Assembly (NCBI GenBank): GCA_964463005.1
Contig: CAYWZZ010000006.1
Span: 4,236 to 68,235 of the forward strand
From: an uncultured Candidatus Bathyarchaeia archaeon
GTDB lineage: Archaea; Thermoproteota; CALKCG01; B24
DNA length: 64,000 bases
Direction of reading: 5' to 3'
A program made the position numbers and the translations under genes. The notes under the pieces are model-generated. The model was not told the origin of the DNA. It saw only the letters and a list, made by a program, of their open reading frames with translations, and searched no databases. Positions 18,276 through 29,375 of this stretch are shown piece by piece. Positions within the stretch are counted from its first letter, which is position 1, and each line of letters opens with the position of its first letter.

Positions 18276-18824
18276 CTAAAGGTAGAGTTTTAAACCCCAG
18301 CTTTTCAAAAGCTTTCTTAAAGCTTCACGTTTAAACAATGTTAGAATAGCGTAACCTAAAACGGCTATTGATATTAAACTGCTCAAGCTTACGCTAGCCA
18401 TCACGTACAACCAAGCGGGTAATCCAGGCGTTAGTTCAGGCGTTGGAAATATCAACCATAGGTAGCTTCCGACGATAACGCCGATTTCCAACGCCGCCAG
18501 TAGACAGGCTATTTTAACCCTTTTCCTAAACTTGAACAACGTTAAGGAGGCTGCTAAGTTAGCTAACGGTCCGAGTGTAACATCAAACACTAGGCCTAAA
18601 GACATGGTAAATGCGCCACCTGAAACATAAAAAAGTAGGTTTCCAATGAAACAGCCTACTGTGACTCCAATTATAACCGGTGGACCTAAGAGGGCGGATA
18701 GTGTTATTAAGCAGTCAGATATTCTAAGTTGGATTGGACCAAAGGATACGGGTGCTAAAGCTAAAGTCAAAGCGGCGTATAAACTTGCCACTGAAACCAT
18801 TAAAGCCGATTCTTGGGTTCGCAT
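18276..18824 (-). CDS. ECF S-component/QueT-like membrane protein
   Basis: Five or six TM helices with S-component-like glycine-rich helices. Confidence 0.4.
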   Translation of the reverse strand: MRTQESALMVSVASLYAALTLALAPVSFGPIQLRISDCLITLSALLGPPVIIGVTVGCFIGNLLFYVSGGAFTMSLGLVFDVTLGPLANLAASLTLFKFRKRVKIACLLAALEIGVIVGSYLWLIFPTPELTPGLPAWLYVMASVSLSSLISIAVLGYAILTLFKREALRKLLKSWGLKLYL

Positions 18825-18942
18825 AGTGACTATTAACTTGTTGCTAAGAGTAGAATTAATAGCATTATCTTTCAGCTAACCGTTAAAAGCATATGTATAC
18901 GTTACTACTTATATTCTTGAAAAGTTTACTAAATTTTAAGGC

Positions 18943-19527
18943 TTGAATGTTGAACGTTTAATCGTTGGAGTATTGAAGACGAATTGTTACGTAGTTGAGG
19001 ATAACAGTGAAGGTTTAATAATAGACCCAGGCGGTTCTCCAGACGCTATAATTAACTATGTATTAAAACGTAGATTAGCAGTAAGGGCGATTTTAGTAAC
19101 CCACGGGCATCCAGACCACTATTCAGCCTATTTAGACGTTAAAGAGGCTTTAAGGTGTAAAGTCATTATGCATGAATTGGATCTGGAAACTGCAAGCCTT
19201 ATGGGTATGCCTATTGAGCCGGATGTTTATGTCGATGAAGGCTCAACCATTGAGGTTGGAAGTTTAAGGTTTAGAGTTTTACATACACCCGGCCACTCAC
19301 CCGGAAGCATTTCCCTATTTGGCTATGGCTTAATTTTCACGGGCGATTTAATGTTTAAAATGGGTTACGGTAGGACGGACTTACCCGGCGGATCTTACAC
19401 CGCGTTGATAAACAGTCTTAGGAGGATTTTAAGTTTTGAAGGCGACTTGAAAGTATACCCTGGACACGGTCCTACAACCAATCTGCAAGATGAAAAGGAT
19501 TTTTATAGACGTTTGCTATTCAAATAG
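18943..19527 (+). CDS. MBL-fold metallo-hydrolase (glyoxalase II-like)
   Basis: The VTHGHPDHY metal-binding motif, with a downstream HTPGHSPG. Confidence 0.8.
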   Translation: MNVERLIVGVLKTNCYVVEDNSEGLIIDPGGSPDAIINYVLKRRLAVRAILVTHGHPDHYSAYLDVKEALRCKVIMHELDLETASLMGMPIEPDVYVDEGSTIEVGSLRFRVLHTPGHSPGSISLFGYGLIFTGDLMFKMGYGRTDLPGGSYTALINSLRRILSFEGDLKVYPGHGPTTNLQDEKDFYRRLLFK

Positions 19528-19596
19528 TAGATTATGTGTTTAAACGCCTCCTACGGCTTTTTAAGTTTAAAAAAAGCCTAGGGATGTGTTTAAAAT

Positions 19597-20721
19597 ATGT
19601 TTAAGTCTATGAAGTCTAGGCCTAGGGCTTTAATAGGCATGATTAAGACGAATCCGCATGATCATAACTTATACTTGCTTAAGCTTACAGAGTTCAAGTC
19701 TCTTGTCGAAGCCGCTGGTTATGAGGTCTGCGGAGTTGTTGTTCAAGTTAGATCCAAGGAGAGTGTAAACTACGCATTTGGTAGAGGAAAGGTTGAGGAG
19801 ATTAAGAATCTTATAGAAGAGAAAGAGGCCAGCGTCTTCGCGGTATATAACATTTTAACTAGTAAGCAGAAGTATAACTTGGAAAGCTACCTCGGAGTTA
19901 GTGTTTTAGACAGGTATGAAGTTACTCTTGAGATATTTGATAAGGCGAGCTCAGATGAGCTTAGTAAGCTTCAGATAGAGCTTGCCAGACTTATTAAAAG
20001 CTACCCATATGAGAAGCTTAAAGCGAGCTTCAAGTATAGAGTTGGAAGAGAGCATCCTTGGAAGAGGTCTAGTGGGGAGTACATATACCATTCCATTGTA
20101 AACACGCTGAGGAGGAGGATGGCTAAAGTCTACGATGAACTTGAGGAGAGGAAGAAGGCTAGGATAGAGCAGATATTTAAGAGGCGTAGAATAGGTTCGC
20201 CAATAATATGTATAACAGGCTACTACAGTAGCGGTAAAACTTCCCTCTTTAATGCTTTAACTGGTTTAAATAAACCAGTTAGCCCCAAGCCTTTTACAAC
20301 CCTTTCAAGTAAATATTACCTTTCTAACAGATATGGAGAAGTCTTCCTCGTAGATACCATAGGGTTTGTACACGATTTAGACCCTAAAATGTTTGAATCT
20401 TTTGAATTAACTCTGAACGACATAAGGTTTTCAGATGCTGTAATTCTGGTCGTAGACTGCTCGGACCCTCAACCTATAATGCTATTCAGGTTATCTACGT
20501 GTTTAGACGTGTTGAAAAACCTTAATGTAGACTTTAATAAAATGGTTATAGCTTTAAACAAGATAGATCTTTTGAATGAAAATGAAGTTCTCAACCGTTT
20601 GAAAATAATATCCGACTACGTAAACCCGACGCCTGTCGTACCCATATCTGCTGAGAAAAAGCTAAACTTAGAAAAGTTAATGTCTACAGTATTCTCTAGA
20701 CTTAATCAATATAGGGCTTGA
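19597..20721 (+). CDS. hflX: GTPase HflX
   Basis: N-terminal HflX domain. G1 motif ITGYYSSGKTSLFNALTG. DTIGF switch region. Confidence 0.75.
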   Translation: MFKSMKSRPRALIGMIKTNPHDHNLYLLKLTEFKSLVEAAGYEVCGVVVQVRSKESVNYAFGRGKVEEIKNLIEEKEASVFAVYNILTSKQKYNLESYLGVSVLDRYEVTLEIFDKASSDELSKLQIELARLIKSYPYEKLKASFKYRVGREHPWKRSSGEYIYHSIVNTLRRRMAKVYDELEERKKARIEQIFKRRRIGSPIICITGYYSSGKTSLFNALTGLNKPVSPKPFTTLSSKYYLSNRYGEVFLVDTIGFVHDLDPKMFESFELTLNDIRFSDAVILVVDCSDPQPIMLFRLSTCLDVLKNLNVDFNKMVIALNKIDLLNENEVLNRLKIISDYVNPTPVVPISAEKKLNLEKLMSTVFSRLNQYRA

Positions 20722-20877
20722 TTGTTAAAAACGCATTAGTGGATAATTTCAAGAGTAATCACTGATTTCAGAGACGTTTGAGAGACCATATCTACGGAAT
20801 AGCGTAAGGTGGATATGGAGTTTAGACTGCCATCCTCATGTTAAAATTCTTATAGTAAAATTTGGAATTTTTGAATA

Positions 20878-21964
20878 ATGATGATTGGTGAAAGCTTTTT
20901 CACACTTAGGACGATACTGTGGGAGGACGGAGCCATAGTTGCAGTAGATCAAAGGCTATTACCTAAAAGGTTCAAGTACGTTAAGATACGTAGTGTAGAC
21001 CAACTTTCTGAAGCCATTAAAAAACTCACCATAAGGGGGGCACCTGCCATAGGTGTTGCGGCAGCTCTTGGATTGGCATTGGTTGCATATAGATCTAAAG
21101 CGGAAAATCTAAGCGATTTTAAAAGGGAAGTTATGGATGCATACGAGAAGCTTAAATCTACTAGGCCTACAGCTGTAAACCTATTTTGGGCTCTTGACAG
21201 GGTTGTAGCGAAGATTTCTGAGGCAAAAGACCTTAAAGAGGCTAAGAAAATGATTATAGAAGAGGCTAAGACGATATGGATGGAGGATTATGAGGTAAAT
21301 AGACGCATAGGAGAGCATGGAGCTACACTACTTGAAAATGGGGATATGGTGCTCACGCACTGTAAATGGCTTAAGCCAGCAGAATGCGGGAGCACTAGCC
21401 ACTACTGGCTATGGAACCGCATTGGCAGTAATAAGGTCAGCTATAGCTAGGGGTTTACACATAGAAGTGTATGTAACTGAAACTAGACCAGTACTCCAAG
21501 GTGCTAGGTTAACGGCTTTCGAACTCCTTATGGATAGAATACCATTTAAACTCATAACAGATAATGCTGTCGGATTTCTGATGAGTAGGGGGCTTATAGA
21601 TAAGGTTGTAGTTGGCGCCGATAGAATAGCTTTAAACGGCGATGTTATAAATAAGATAGGGACTTACGGCTTGGCTGTTCTTGCAAGCCACCATGCGGTA
21701 CCATTCTACGTAGCAGCTCCAATGTCTACTATAGACCCTAATCTCAAATGCGGCGATAATGCCCCTATAGAGTTTAGAAGTGAAGAGGAAGTGGTTAAAA
21801 TTCACGGTCATAGGATAGCTCCTGAAGGCGTTGAAGCATTAAATCCAGCTTTTGACGTAACTCCTTCAAAGCTTGTAACGGCTATAATAACTGAGATGGG
21901 TGTGTTTAAGATACCGGAAGACTTAGATAGATTGAGGAGTATTAGGCTTGAGAAAAGCATTTAA
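20878..21964 (+). pseudogene. eIF-2B/MtnA family isomerase (methylthioribose-1-P isomerase or ribose-1,5-bisphosphate isomerase), with the reading frame broken at 21364-21382
   Basis: ORF 20878..21450 carries ...IRGAPAIGVAAALGLA...LTHC. ORF 21317..21964, in a different frame, carries [20 protein letters not shown]...[13 protein letters not shown]. The two halves are separated by 19 nt (aaatggcttaagccagcag) relative to the canonical THCNAGALAT. Confidence 0.6.
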
Positions 21965-21982
21965 TTCTACCGAAGAACATAT

Positions 21983-22768
21983 TTGAGGTTTAAGGCTATG
22001 GACTTATCCATCTTAAGGCTACTATCGTCCTTCGCCATCCTAGCACCATCTACAATTCTAGATGTAAAGTTTAGAGAAGTTCCCGATGAGTTTTGGATTG
22101 TTGGATTGATTTTAGGATTAACTATAAACATTGTAGAGGTTTTAACTGGTCATCTTGAAATTTTGAAACTTCTGACATCTTTAGCTATAGGCTGTATAGT
22201 GGGCTTCTCACTATTCTACATCGGTTTTTTTGGAGGAGCTGATTCAAAGGCTTTAATTTTCCTCAGCTTCATATTGCCTGAAAATCCAACATTAATTAGA
22301 CAGCTCGGAGCATCCCTAAACATACCGGTGATTACGGTATTCAATAACGCCATTACGCTATCTCTATGCTACCCATTAGCTATAGCCATTCTAAACGTTA
22401 AAGAGTTTGTTGAAGGAAGAGATCCTCTGCGGGGTTTGCATATTAGAGGAGTGTTTCAGAGGATTGCGCTATTTTTAACTGTTAGACGCACGTCTTTCGA
22501 AGAGCTTAGAAGAAAGGTTGGATATTACCCCGCTGAGCAACCTCATGAAGAAAACGGAAGAGTTTTCAGACGCCCAATATACTTCATGAAGGCTGAAACA
22601 GATAAAGAAGAGTTACTTCGAAAATTGGAACCTTATGCTAGCAAAGGGCTCTATCAAGATGGAATTCTTGTTTCACCTACGATACCGTTTATAACGTTCA
22701 TAATGCTGGGTTTAGCCTTCCTTCCGATAGGAGACTTTATTTTAACTTTGGTTTCGCTCATCAAGTGA
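21983..22768 (+). CDS. A24-family prepilin/preflagellin peptidase (PibD/FlaK-like)
   Basis: LDVKFREVPDE carries the first catalytic Asp context. GFFGGADSKAL carries the second (GxGD/GGAD). Polytopic membrane protein. Confidence 0.65.
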   Translation: MRFKAMDLSILRLLSSFAILAPSTILDVKFREVPDEFWIVGLILGLTINIVEVLTGHLEILKLLTSLAIGCIVGFSLFYIGFFGGADSKALIFLSFILPENPTLIRQLGASLNIPVITVFNNAITLSLCYPLAIAILNVKEFVEGRDPLRGLHIRGVFQRIALFLTVRRTSFEELRRKVGYYPAEQPHEENGRVFRRPIYFMKAETDKEELLRKLEPYASKGLYQDGILVSPTIPFITFIMLGLAFLPIGDFILTLVSLIK

Positions 22769-22777
22769 ACGTTTAAA

Positions 22778-23023
22778 TTGAACAGCTTTATGAGGTATCT
22801 TGTGGGTAAAGTAGCTAAAGGTAAACAATGTGATGTTAAAGGATGCGATAGACCCGCTGTAAGATCCCTACAAAAAACTGTAGCCGCAGGTTCAGGTCTA
22901 GAGTTAACGAGCCAGGATAGAGTCTATGTTTGCAAAGAGCATTATAAGATTATAAAGAAGAGTCTTAAGAAGGAGCGCATCATTACAAAGTGGCGTCACA
23001 TGGCCGGTAGCTTCAAACTATAG
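22778..23023 (+). CDS. hypothetical small basic Cys-containing protein
   Basis: ORF only; CDVKGC....CKEH suggests a possible zinc ribbon. Confidence 0.25.
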   Translation: MNSFMRYLVGKVAKGKQCDVKGCDRPAVRSLQKTVAAGSGLELTSQDRVYVCKEHYKIIKKSLKKERIITKWRHMAGSFKL

Positions 23024-23030
23024 TGATATT

Positions 23031-24104
23031 TTAAGTCATAAAACCTATTCCTTTACATTCTATTTCGCTTGGTTTACCTAAGCCTCCGTTGATTTTAAAA
23101 TCAGCCTTCAGAATCATTCTGCTAAGCTCTATACAGGTGAGGGCGTGCATTGTAAGCTCTACGGTTTTAAATCTGCTTACTCCATCTGCTAGACTAGCCC
23201 ATATAATGAGCTGGTCGCAGAGGTGTTTATCTACAGGATAGCCGCCTCTAATTATGTTGATGAGCTCTTCAGCCGCCTCCGAGCCTATAAGCTCAGCCCG
23301 TTTACCTATGACACCCAATCGATCTACACCTAGATATCCGTAAGTGTGTTTAACCGTTATGATTAATCCGCAACCCGGGTCTAAGCTACACTTGGGGTTT
23401 AGAGGATGGAGGATTTCTTTCTCAAAAATCGGCTTTAAACCAATTGCATTAAGTTTTTCTGAAGCGCTTAAAGCCATTCTATTGGCTATATGATCTGGAA
23501 GTCTACAACTATATGCTAATCCTCTAACTTCCGATATCTCACCTAACTTATCAAGAGTTATAGGTTCAAGCTTTCTAATAGGCTCTGTTGAGAATTCCAC
23601 TTCTCCACCACCTCTAGGATAGAATCCCCTCCTGTTCAGCTTCAGATTGGCTTTAACTCCTATGAGTCTAAGATTCGGCAATAAAACACTGTCGATGTAG
23701 TCTACTGGAGGGGCCATGGGGTTGTTCGTACCTCCTATGAGCGTAAGCTTTGTGTAACCTGGTGTAAAGGCCATGACTGGCATGGCGGCTTGAAGGATTA
23801 AAGTTACGCTTCCAGCCGTTCCTACGTCGAACTTATAAGACCCAGGTTTAAGCTTTCCAGGGTTAAAAGTAACCTCCGTAGAGCCTAATTGTAAACCTTC
23901 AACGTAACCGTTGCATAGGGAGGATAGGACTTTTAAAGCCGTCATATGTTGCCTCGCTAAACCAGGCGGTTTGCGTTTACCTCTAACATTTACTACTCTA
24001 ACAGGTTCACCCAGTAAGGCTGACAAAGCCATAGACATTCTGAGTATCTGACCGCCACCTTCAAGCATATCTCCCGGTATAGTTATCATAGTACTCAACT
24101 CCAT
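23031..24104 (-). CDS. rtcA: RNA 3'-terminal phosphate cyclase
   Basis: GDMLEGGGQILRMSMALSALLGEPVRVVNVRGKRKPPGL is an RtcA N-terminal signature; 357 aa. Confidence 0.85.
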   Translation of the reverse strand: MELSTMITIPGDMLEGGGQILRMSMALSALLGEPVRVVNVRGKRKPPGLARQHMTALKVLSSLCNGYVEGLQLGSTEVTFNPGKLKPGSYKFDVGTAGSVTLILQAAMPVMAFTPGYTKLTLIGGTNNPMAPPVDYIDSVLLPNLRLIGVKANLKLNRRGFYPRGGGEVEFSTEPIRKLEPITLDKLGEISEVRGLAYSCRLPDHIANRMALSASEKLNAIGLKPIFEKEILHPLNPKCSLDPGCGLIITVKHTYGYLGVDRLGVIGKRAELIGSEAAEELINIIRGGYPVDKHLCDQLIIWASLADGVSRFKTVELTMHALTCIELSRMILKADFKINGGLGKPSEIECKGIGFMT

Positions 24105-24194
24105 AATTAGAAGATGGGGGTTTTAAACGTCACTAAAGATTAAGTAACCTACTAGTAGCGTAATGCTTTTTAGTAAATGTCTAAGTAAGAGTTA

Positions 24195-25076
24195 TTGAGC
24201 GGTATGTTTCTAGCCATAAGGGACTTTACTGTTAAATGGGTAGGCTATGACACGGTATTTGGAGGCTTGAAGGCTTTAGGCATAGCGAGCTTCGAACTTT
24301 TCGTGAGTAGAGAACTGAAGGTTGAATCCTACTTAGACATGGGCTATACTACTGAACTCGGTTTTGACGTATCATCTAGAGAAGCTAGAGAAGATTTGAA
24401 AAAGCGGCTTAAAGATGAGGGATTAAATGTATGCGCGATCCTTGTGGAAAACGACTTCTCCTCAGAAGACTTAAACAAGGAAGTTGACTACGTAATTTCA
24501 GCTATAAAAGTCGCTTCAGAACTTGAAGTGGACGTTGTCAGGATAAACGCAGTAATGCGTCCAATACCGGGCTACGATTTGGAGAAACATGTTAAAAGAG
24601 TTGCAGACGCTATTGGAAGTTGTATGAAGATCTGCCACGACCTTGAAGTTAATCTAGCCGTTGAAAACCACGGGGTTATCGCGAATAAGCGTGAGTTTCT
24701 GAGGATGCTTTTCCATACGGTTGATGATGAACATTTAGGCCTAACTTTAGATACTGGAAACTTTTACTGGTTCGGCTATCCATTAAGTGAAGTATATGAT
24801 ATTGTGAAAGAGTTCGCCTCCAGAGTAAAACATACGCATGTTAAAAACGCGGTTGTTGAAGCAAGTAAACGTGAAATATTTAGGAAGCCTGGGGACGTTA
24901 AAATGGCTCCCCTCTATCAAGGAGATATAGACCTTAAAAGTATTGTGGAAATTTTGAGAAAAGCGGGATACAATTATGACCTAACGATAGAGGACGAATC
25001 CTTAGACATGTTTAAAGGCAATGAGAGGCTGGAAGTCTTAAAGAGAGATATAGAGTTTATTAAGAAACTAATATGA
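24195..25076 (+). CDS. sugar phosphate isomerase/epimerase (xylose-isomerase-like TIM barrel)
   Basis: AVENHG and the DTGNF metal-binding-region pattern; about 290 aa. Confidence 0.6.
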   Translation: MSGMFLAIRDFTVKWVGYDTVFGGLKALGIASFELFVSRELKVESYLDMGYTTELGFDVSSREAREDLKKRLKDEGLNVCAILVENDFSSEDLNKEVDYVISAIKVASELEVDVVRINAVMRPIPGYDLEKHVKRVADAIGSCMKICHDLEVNLAVENHGVIANKREFLRMLFHTVDDEHLGLTLDTGNFYWFGYPLSEVYDIVKEFASRVKHTHVKNAVVEASKREIFRKPGDVKMAPLYQGDIDLKSIVEILRKAGYNYDLTIEDESLDMFKGNERLEVLKRDIEFIKKLI

Positions 25077-25102
25077 GCGCTCTACCGTTTAACCCTCCAT
25101 TT

Positions 25103-25885
25103 TTATTTAAGCTTCTCTAGAGGTTTTACATTTCCAAACGTAGGTTTCGGTCCTTTTGCCGGCGCAGCCCAACGTATAGCATTATATATCACTTTAAGCA
25201 CGTTGGGATCATGGTAGATCGGCAGAGTTTCATGGCCTGGCCTAAAGTAGAAGATTTTTCCAAGCCCTCTGTAGAAGCAACACCCACTTCTAAAGACTTC
25301 ACCCCCTTCAAACCAACTTATGAAAATGAGCTCATCTGGGGGAGGTATGTCAAAGAATTCGCCGTACATTTCGGTATGTTCAAGTTCGAAGTATTCGCCG
25401 AGCCCTTCAGCTATTGGATGGTTGGGCATTACAACCCATATTCTCTCTTTTTCACCAGCTTCTCTCCATTTTAAGTTGCAAGAAGTACCCATAAGTCTTC
25501 TGAAGATTTTCGAGAAATGTGCTGAGTGTAAGACTATAAGTCCCATACTCTCTAACACTATACGCTTGTACAGTTTATCGACTACCTTATCGCTAACTCT
25601 ATCATGAGCCATGTGACCCCACCATATGAGGACATCCGTACTGTTAATTACGTCGTCGGTTAATCCATGTTCCGGTTCCTCTAAAGTTGCCGTTCTAACT
25701 TCTAGGCCTGGCTGTTTTTTAAGGTACTCTGCAATAGCATTATGTATGCCTTTCGGATAGATTTCAGCTACTCTGGGGTCCATCTTTTCATGGAGATATT
25801 CATTCCAAACCGTTACTCTTATCACATCACACAAATTGAGCCACCTCCTCCTATTTAGAGGAAACCTGCTTATATGCTCTTCCAC
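25103..25885 (-). CDS. ThuA-like (trehalose-utilisation) class-I glutamine-amidotransferase-like protein
   Basis: DVLIWWGH....GLIVLHSA matches the ThuA pattern. Confidence 0.5.
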   Translation of the reverse strand: MEEHISRFPLNRRRWLNLCDVIRVTVWNEYLHEKMDPRVAEIYPKGIHNAIAEYLKKQPGLEVRTATLEEPEHGLTDDVINSTDVLIWWGHMAHDRVSDKVVDKLYKRIVLESMGLIVLHSAHFSKIFRRLMGTSCNLKWREAGEKERIWVVMPNHPIAEGLGEYFELEHTEMYGEFFDIPPPDELIFISWFEGGEVFRSGCCFYRGLGKIFYFRPGHETLPIYHDPNVLKVIYNAIRWAAPAKGPKPTFGNVKPLEKLK

Positions 25886-25948
25886 TACTTGCAGATATGG
25901 AGTTTAAAAGGATACGTTGAGTTTTAACGACCTCACAATTTACTTTAA

Positions 25949-26713
25949 CTACTTTGTAAGCTCCTCCCATAGGGCTTTATAGTATCTCATTATCCTCTCA
26001 GGATCCGGACTTTCATCTATCTCAGCCAGACAGTATCTGTTGTAATTTGCATCTTTCAGGAGTCGAAACAGCTCCCTATAGGGATAGTTTTTATCGTATA
26101 GTTCATGTATGTGGACTGATTTTATCCAATTTTTAAGCATGTTGAAGCTTTCCCTAATAGAGCCGTTTATCAAATCCGTTTCATTAGAATTCCAGCAGAC
26201 GCCTACGTAGGGATGGTTTGAGAGTTCCATAATATCCCGTATACAACGTGGGTCGCTTGTTCCATATCCATGTACTTCAAGCCATACCTCAACGCCGTAC
26301 TGCTCAGCATAATCTCCACATTGTCTAAGAGCTTCAGCTATCTGTTTAATGGTCTTCTCCTTCGGAATGCCATAATCCTCCATAAGTCTATTCGGCCTGA
26401 CTTTTACGCCTAAAGCTCCGACATCGTACGCTAGTCTAATGAATGCCTTAGTGGTCTCTATATTTCTATCGACTTCAGCTTTACTGGGCGAATGATATTC
26501 GCAAGTTGTCCCCAAGCTTAAGAGTCTAACTGGAGACTTCTCAAAAACCTCTCTAACCCTACGTCTTTCTTCGAGCTTCATAGTCGGTTCAACTCCGTGC
26601 GCGTGCGTAGTTCTAAGTTCAACAGCTTCAAAACCAGTCTTGCTGCACATTTCAATTATCTTCTCGATGCTCCAACTCCTAGCTAGATTATAAGTTACAA
26701 GACCCAGCTTCAA
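25949..26713 (-). CDS. sugar phosphate isomerase/epimerase (xylose-isomerase-like TIM barrel)
   Basis: MKLGLVTYNL...GFEAVEL at the N-terminus and WLEVHG motifs. Confidence 0.65.
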   Translation of the reverse strand: MKLGLVTYNLARSWSIEKIIEMCSKTGFEAVELRTTHAHGVEPTMKLEERRRVREVFEKSPVRLLSLGTTCEYHSPSKAEVDRNIETTKAFIRLAYDVGALGVKVRPNRLMEDYGIPKEKTIKQIAEALRQCGDYAEQYGVEVWLEVHGYGTSDPRCIRDIMELSNHPYVGVCWNSNETDLINGSIRESFNMLKNWIKSVHIHELYDKNYPYRELFRLLKDANYNRYCLAEIDESPDPERIMRYYKALWEELTK

Positions 26714-26874
26714 AGGAAGCTCACGGTTTCCACCTTACATGATGGACAATATAAGCTTTACCCAATAACCCTGAATGAGCGCAATAGACTTTATCAATGA
26801 ATAAAATGAATACTACTGAGTCTTCACAGTTAAAGTTAAGTTAAATAAACTAGATATTTTACCTTGGTCTTTTC

Positions 26875-29154
26875 ATGAGCGAAATTCCGTATTTAAATCC
26901 ATCTCTTCCAGTAGAGAAGCGGGTTGAAGACCTTCTTAAAAGGATGACTTTAAAAGAGAAGGTTGCTCAGCTGTGTTCGATACCTGCTAATGCTCTGTTT
27001 GAGGGAAGACGCTTCTCCCTTGAGAAGGCTCGTAGCATTCTCGTAGATGGTATTGGGCAGATAACCCGTTTAGCCGGAGACCACGTGCTTAAATTAAAAC
27101 CTAGAGAAGTTGCCGAAGCGGCAAATGCCATACAGCGTTTTCTAATCGAAGAGAGTAGGCTTCACATACCAGCCATAATACATGAGGAATGTCTAAGTGG
27201 TTTTATGGCTTGGGGAGGCACTACGTTTCCACAAGCCATAGGTTTAGCTAGTACATGGAATCCAGACTTAGTTGAGAAGATTGCTTCAACAATAAGACGC
27301 CAGATGAGAGCCGTAGGTGCACATCAAGGTCTTGCACCAGTTTTAGATGTTGCAAGAGACCCGAGGTGGGGTAGGGTTGAGGAAACGTATGGGGAAGACC
27401 CGTATCTTGTAGCGTCCATGGGCGTCTCATACGTTAGGGGATTACAGGGTGAAGATTGGAAGTCTAGAGTTTTAGCTACACCGAAGCACTTTGCAGCTCA
27501 CGGTTTTCCAGAAGGTGGGAGAAACTGCGCACCAGTACACGTCGGTGTTAGAGAGCTTAGGGAAGTTTTCCTACTACCGTTTGAGGCAGCCGTTAGAGTG
27601 GCCGGAGCACTGTCTATAATGAGCGCTTACCACGATATTGATGGAGTACCATGTACAGCATCTAAAGCTCTTCTGACTGATACTCTTAGAAGTGAGTGGG
27701 GTTTTCAGGGAATAGTCGTTTCAGATTATGGAGCTATACATATGCTTCATAGCTTCCACATGATAGCTTCTGATTTGAGGCAGGCTGCTGTTAAAGCTTT
27801 AGAGGCTGGTGTAGACGTTGAGCTACCAATGGCTCAGTGCTACATGGAGCCTTTACTGGAGGCTTTGAAGGATGGATTGATATCTGAAGCCACTGTAGAT
27901 ACCGCTGTTTCAAGGGTTTTAAGGATTAAATTCTTACTTGGGCTGTTTGAAAGCCCATATGTAGATATTGAAGAGGCGTCTAAAGTCTTTGATACAGTTC
28001 AGGATAGAAGCTTAGCCCTTCAAGCAGCGAGAGAATCAATAGTCCTCCTTAAAAATAATGGCGTCCTCCCGCTGAGCAAATCCATAGATTCCATAGCAGT
28101 CATTGGGCCTAATGCAGCTGAAGCTAGAAATCTCCTCGGAGATTACAGCTACACGGCTCACTTATCTCTTGAAAAACCCGCAGTCGAAGTCGTCAGTATA
28201 CTTGAAGGTATTAGGGCTAAAGTTTCAGCTACAACTAAAGTTTACTATGTTCAAGGATGCGGTATTTCAGACTACTCGAAAGTCGGGTTTAAGGAGGCTT
28301 TGGAAGTTGCTGGAAAATCCAGCGTTATCGTAGCGGTCATGGGTGAGAGGTCTGGGCTTTCGAAGTTCGATGTTTCAGGTGAAGGGCGTGATAGAGATGA
28401 CATAAGTCTGCCAGGCGTTCAGGAAGAGCTTTTAGAGGCTTTACTTGAGCTCGGTAAACCCCTCGTTCTAGTCCTCGTAAACGGTAGACCTCTAACCTTG
28501 AGTAGAATTGTCGATAGGTGTGCAGCTATTGTCGAGGCATGGCTTCCAGGAGAAGAGGGCGGAAGGGCTGTTACAGACGTATTGTTCGGCGACTACAATC
28601 CAAGTGGAAGATTGCCCGTGACATTTCCAAGAAGTTCGGGGCAGATCCCTCTATACTCTGCTATGAAGCCATCCTCTATTAGAAACTATGTTTTTACGGA
28701 AGCTAAGCCGCTATTCCCGTTTGGACATGGGTTAAGCTACACGGAGTTCGAGTACAGCTCGCTTAAGATAACTCCTGAGAGAGTTGAACCGGATGGTGAA
28801 GTATCCATAAGCTGTAGCATTAAGAATATTGGCCGTTTGAAAGGCGATGAAGTAGTACAAGTCTACGTGAGAGATGAATACGCTAGTGTAGCGAGGCCTG
28901 CGAAAGAGCTTAAAGGTTTTAAGAAGATCACACTTGAACCGGGTGAAGTGAAGAGGGTCAACTTTAAGATTTCAATGGATCAGTTGGCTTTCTACGACGA
29001 TCGGATGAGGCTTGTAGTAGAGCCTGGCTTCTTCAAAGTTATGGTGGGTAGGTCTTCCGAGGATATAAGGCTGACTGGGAGGTTTGAAGTGATTGGATGG
29101 AGGGAAGTCTCCTCCAGTACTAGAAGACTATTCAGTTCTACAATCGTCGAATAA
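26875..29154 (+). CDS. GH3 beta-glucosidase/beta-xylosidase
   Basis: KHFAAHG, GFQGIVVSDYGAI (the nucleophile region), and a C-terminal FnIII-like domain; 759 aa. Confidence 0.85.
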   Translation: MSEIPYLNPSLPVEKRVEDLLKRMTLKEKVAQLCSIPANALFEGRRFSLEKARSILVDGIGQITRLAGDHVLKLKPREVAEAANAIQRFLIEESRLHIPAIIHEECLSGFMAWGGTTFPQAIGLASTWNPDLVEKIASTIRRQMRAVGAHQGLAPVLDVARDPRWGRVEETYGEDPYLVASMGVSYVRGLQGEDWKSRVLATPKHFAAHGFPEGGRNCAPVHVGVRELREVFLLPFEAAVRVAGALSIMSAYHDIDGVPCTASKALLTDTLRSEWGFQGIVVSDYGAIHMLHSFHMIASDLRQAAVKALEAGVDVELPMAQCYMEPLLEALKDGLISEATVDTAVSRVLRIKFLLGLFESPYVDIEEASKVFDTVQDRSLALQAARESIVLLKNNGVLPLSKSIDSIAVIGPNAAEARNLLGDYSYTAHLSLEKPAVEVVSILEGIRAKVSATTKVYYVQGCGISDYSKVGFKEALEVAGKSSVIVAVMGERSGLSKFDVSGEGRDRDDISLPGVQEELLEALLELGKPLVLVLVNGRPLTLSRIVDRCAAIVEAWLPGEEGGRAVTDVLFGDYNPSGRLPVTFPRSSGQIPLYSAMKPSSIRNYVFTEAKPLFPFGHGLSYTEFEYSSLKITPERVEPDGEVSISCSIKNIGRLKGDEVVQVYVRDEYASVARPAKELKGFKKITLEPGEVKRVNFKISMDQLAFYDDRMRLVVEPGFFKVMVGRSSEDIRLTGRFEVIGWREVSSSTRRLFSSTIVE

Positions 29155-29375
29155 TCGATTAAAACATTGGAAAATCGTAGAAGAACAATCCTCCTTTTTA
29201 ACTTAATTATGTGGGTTCTATCATTATAGTTGAAATTTCAGCAGACATCTTTAACCGTAACGAATCTTTAAGAGAGTAGAGGCAAAAAAGTAAAGATTTA
29301 AGCCGTGTTTTTAAAGCTCTAAGTGTTTAAAATTCTTATCAGATTTACCTTCCTTAAAATTCTTTTGAGATACTC

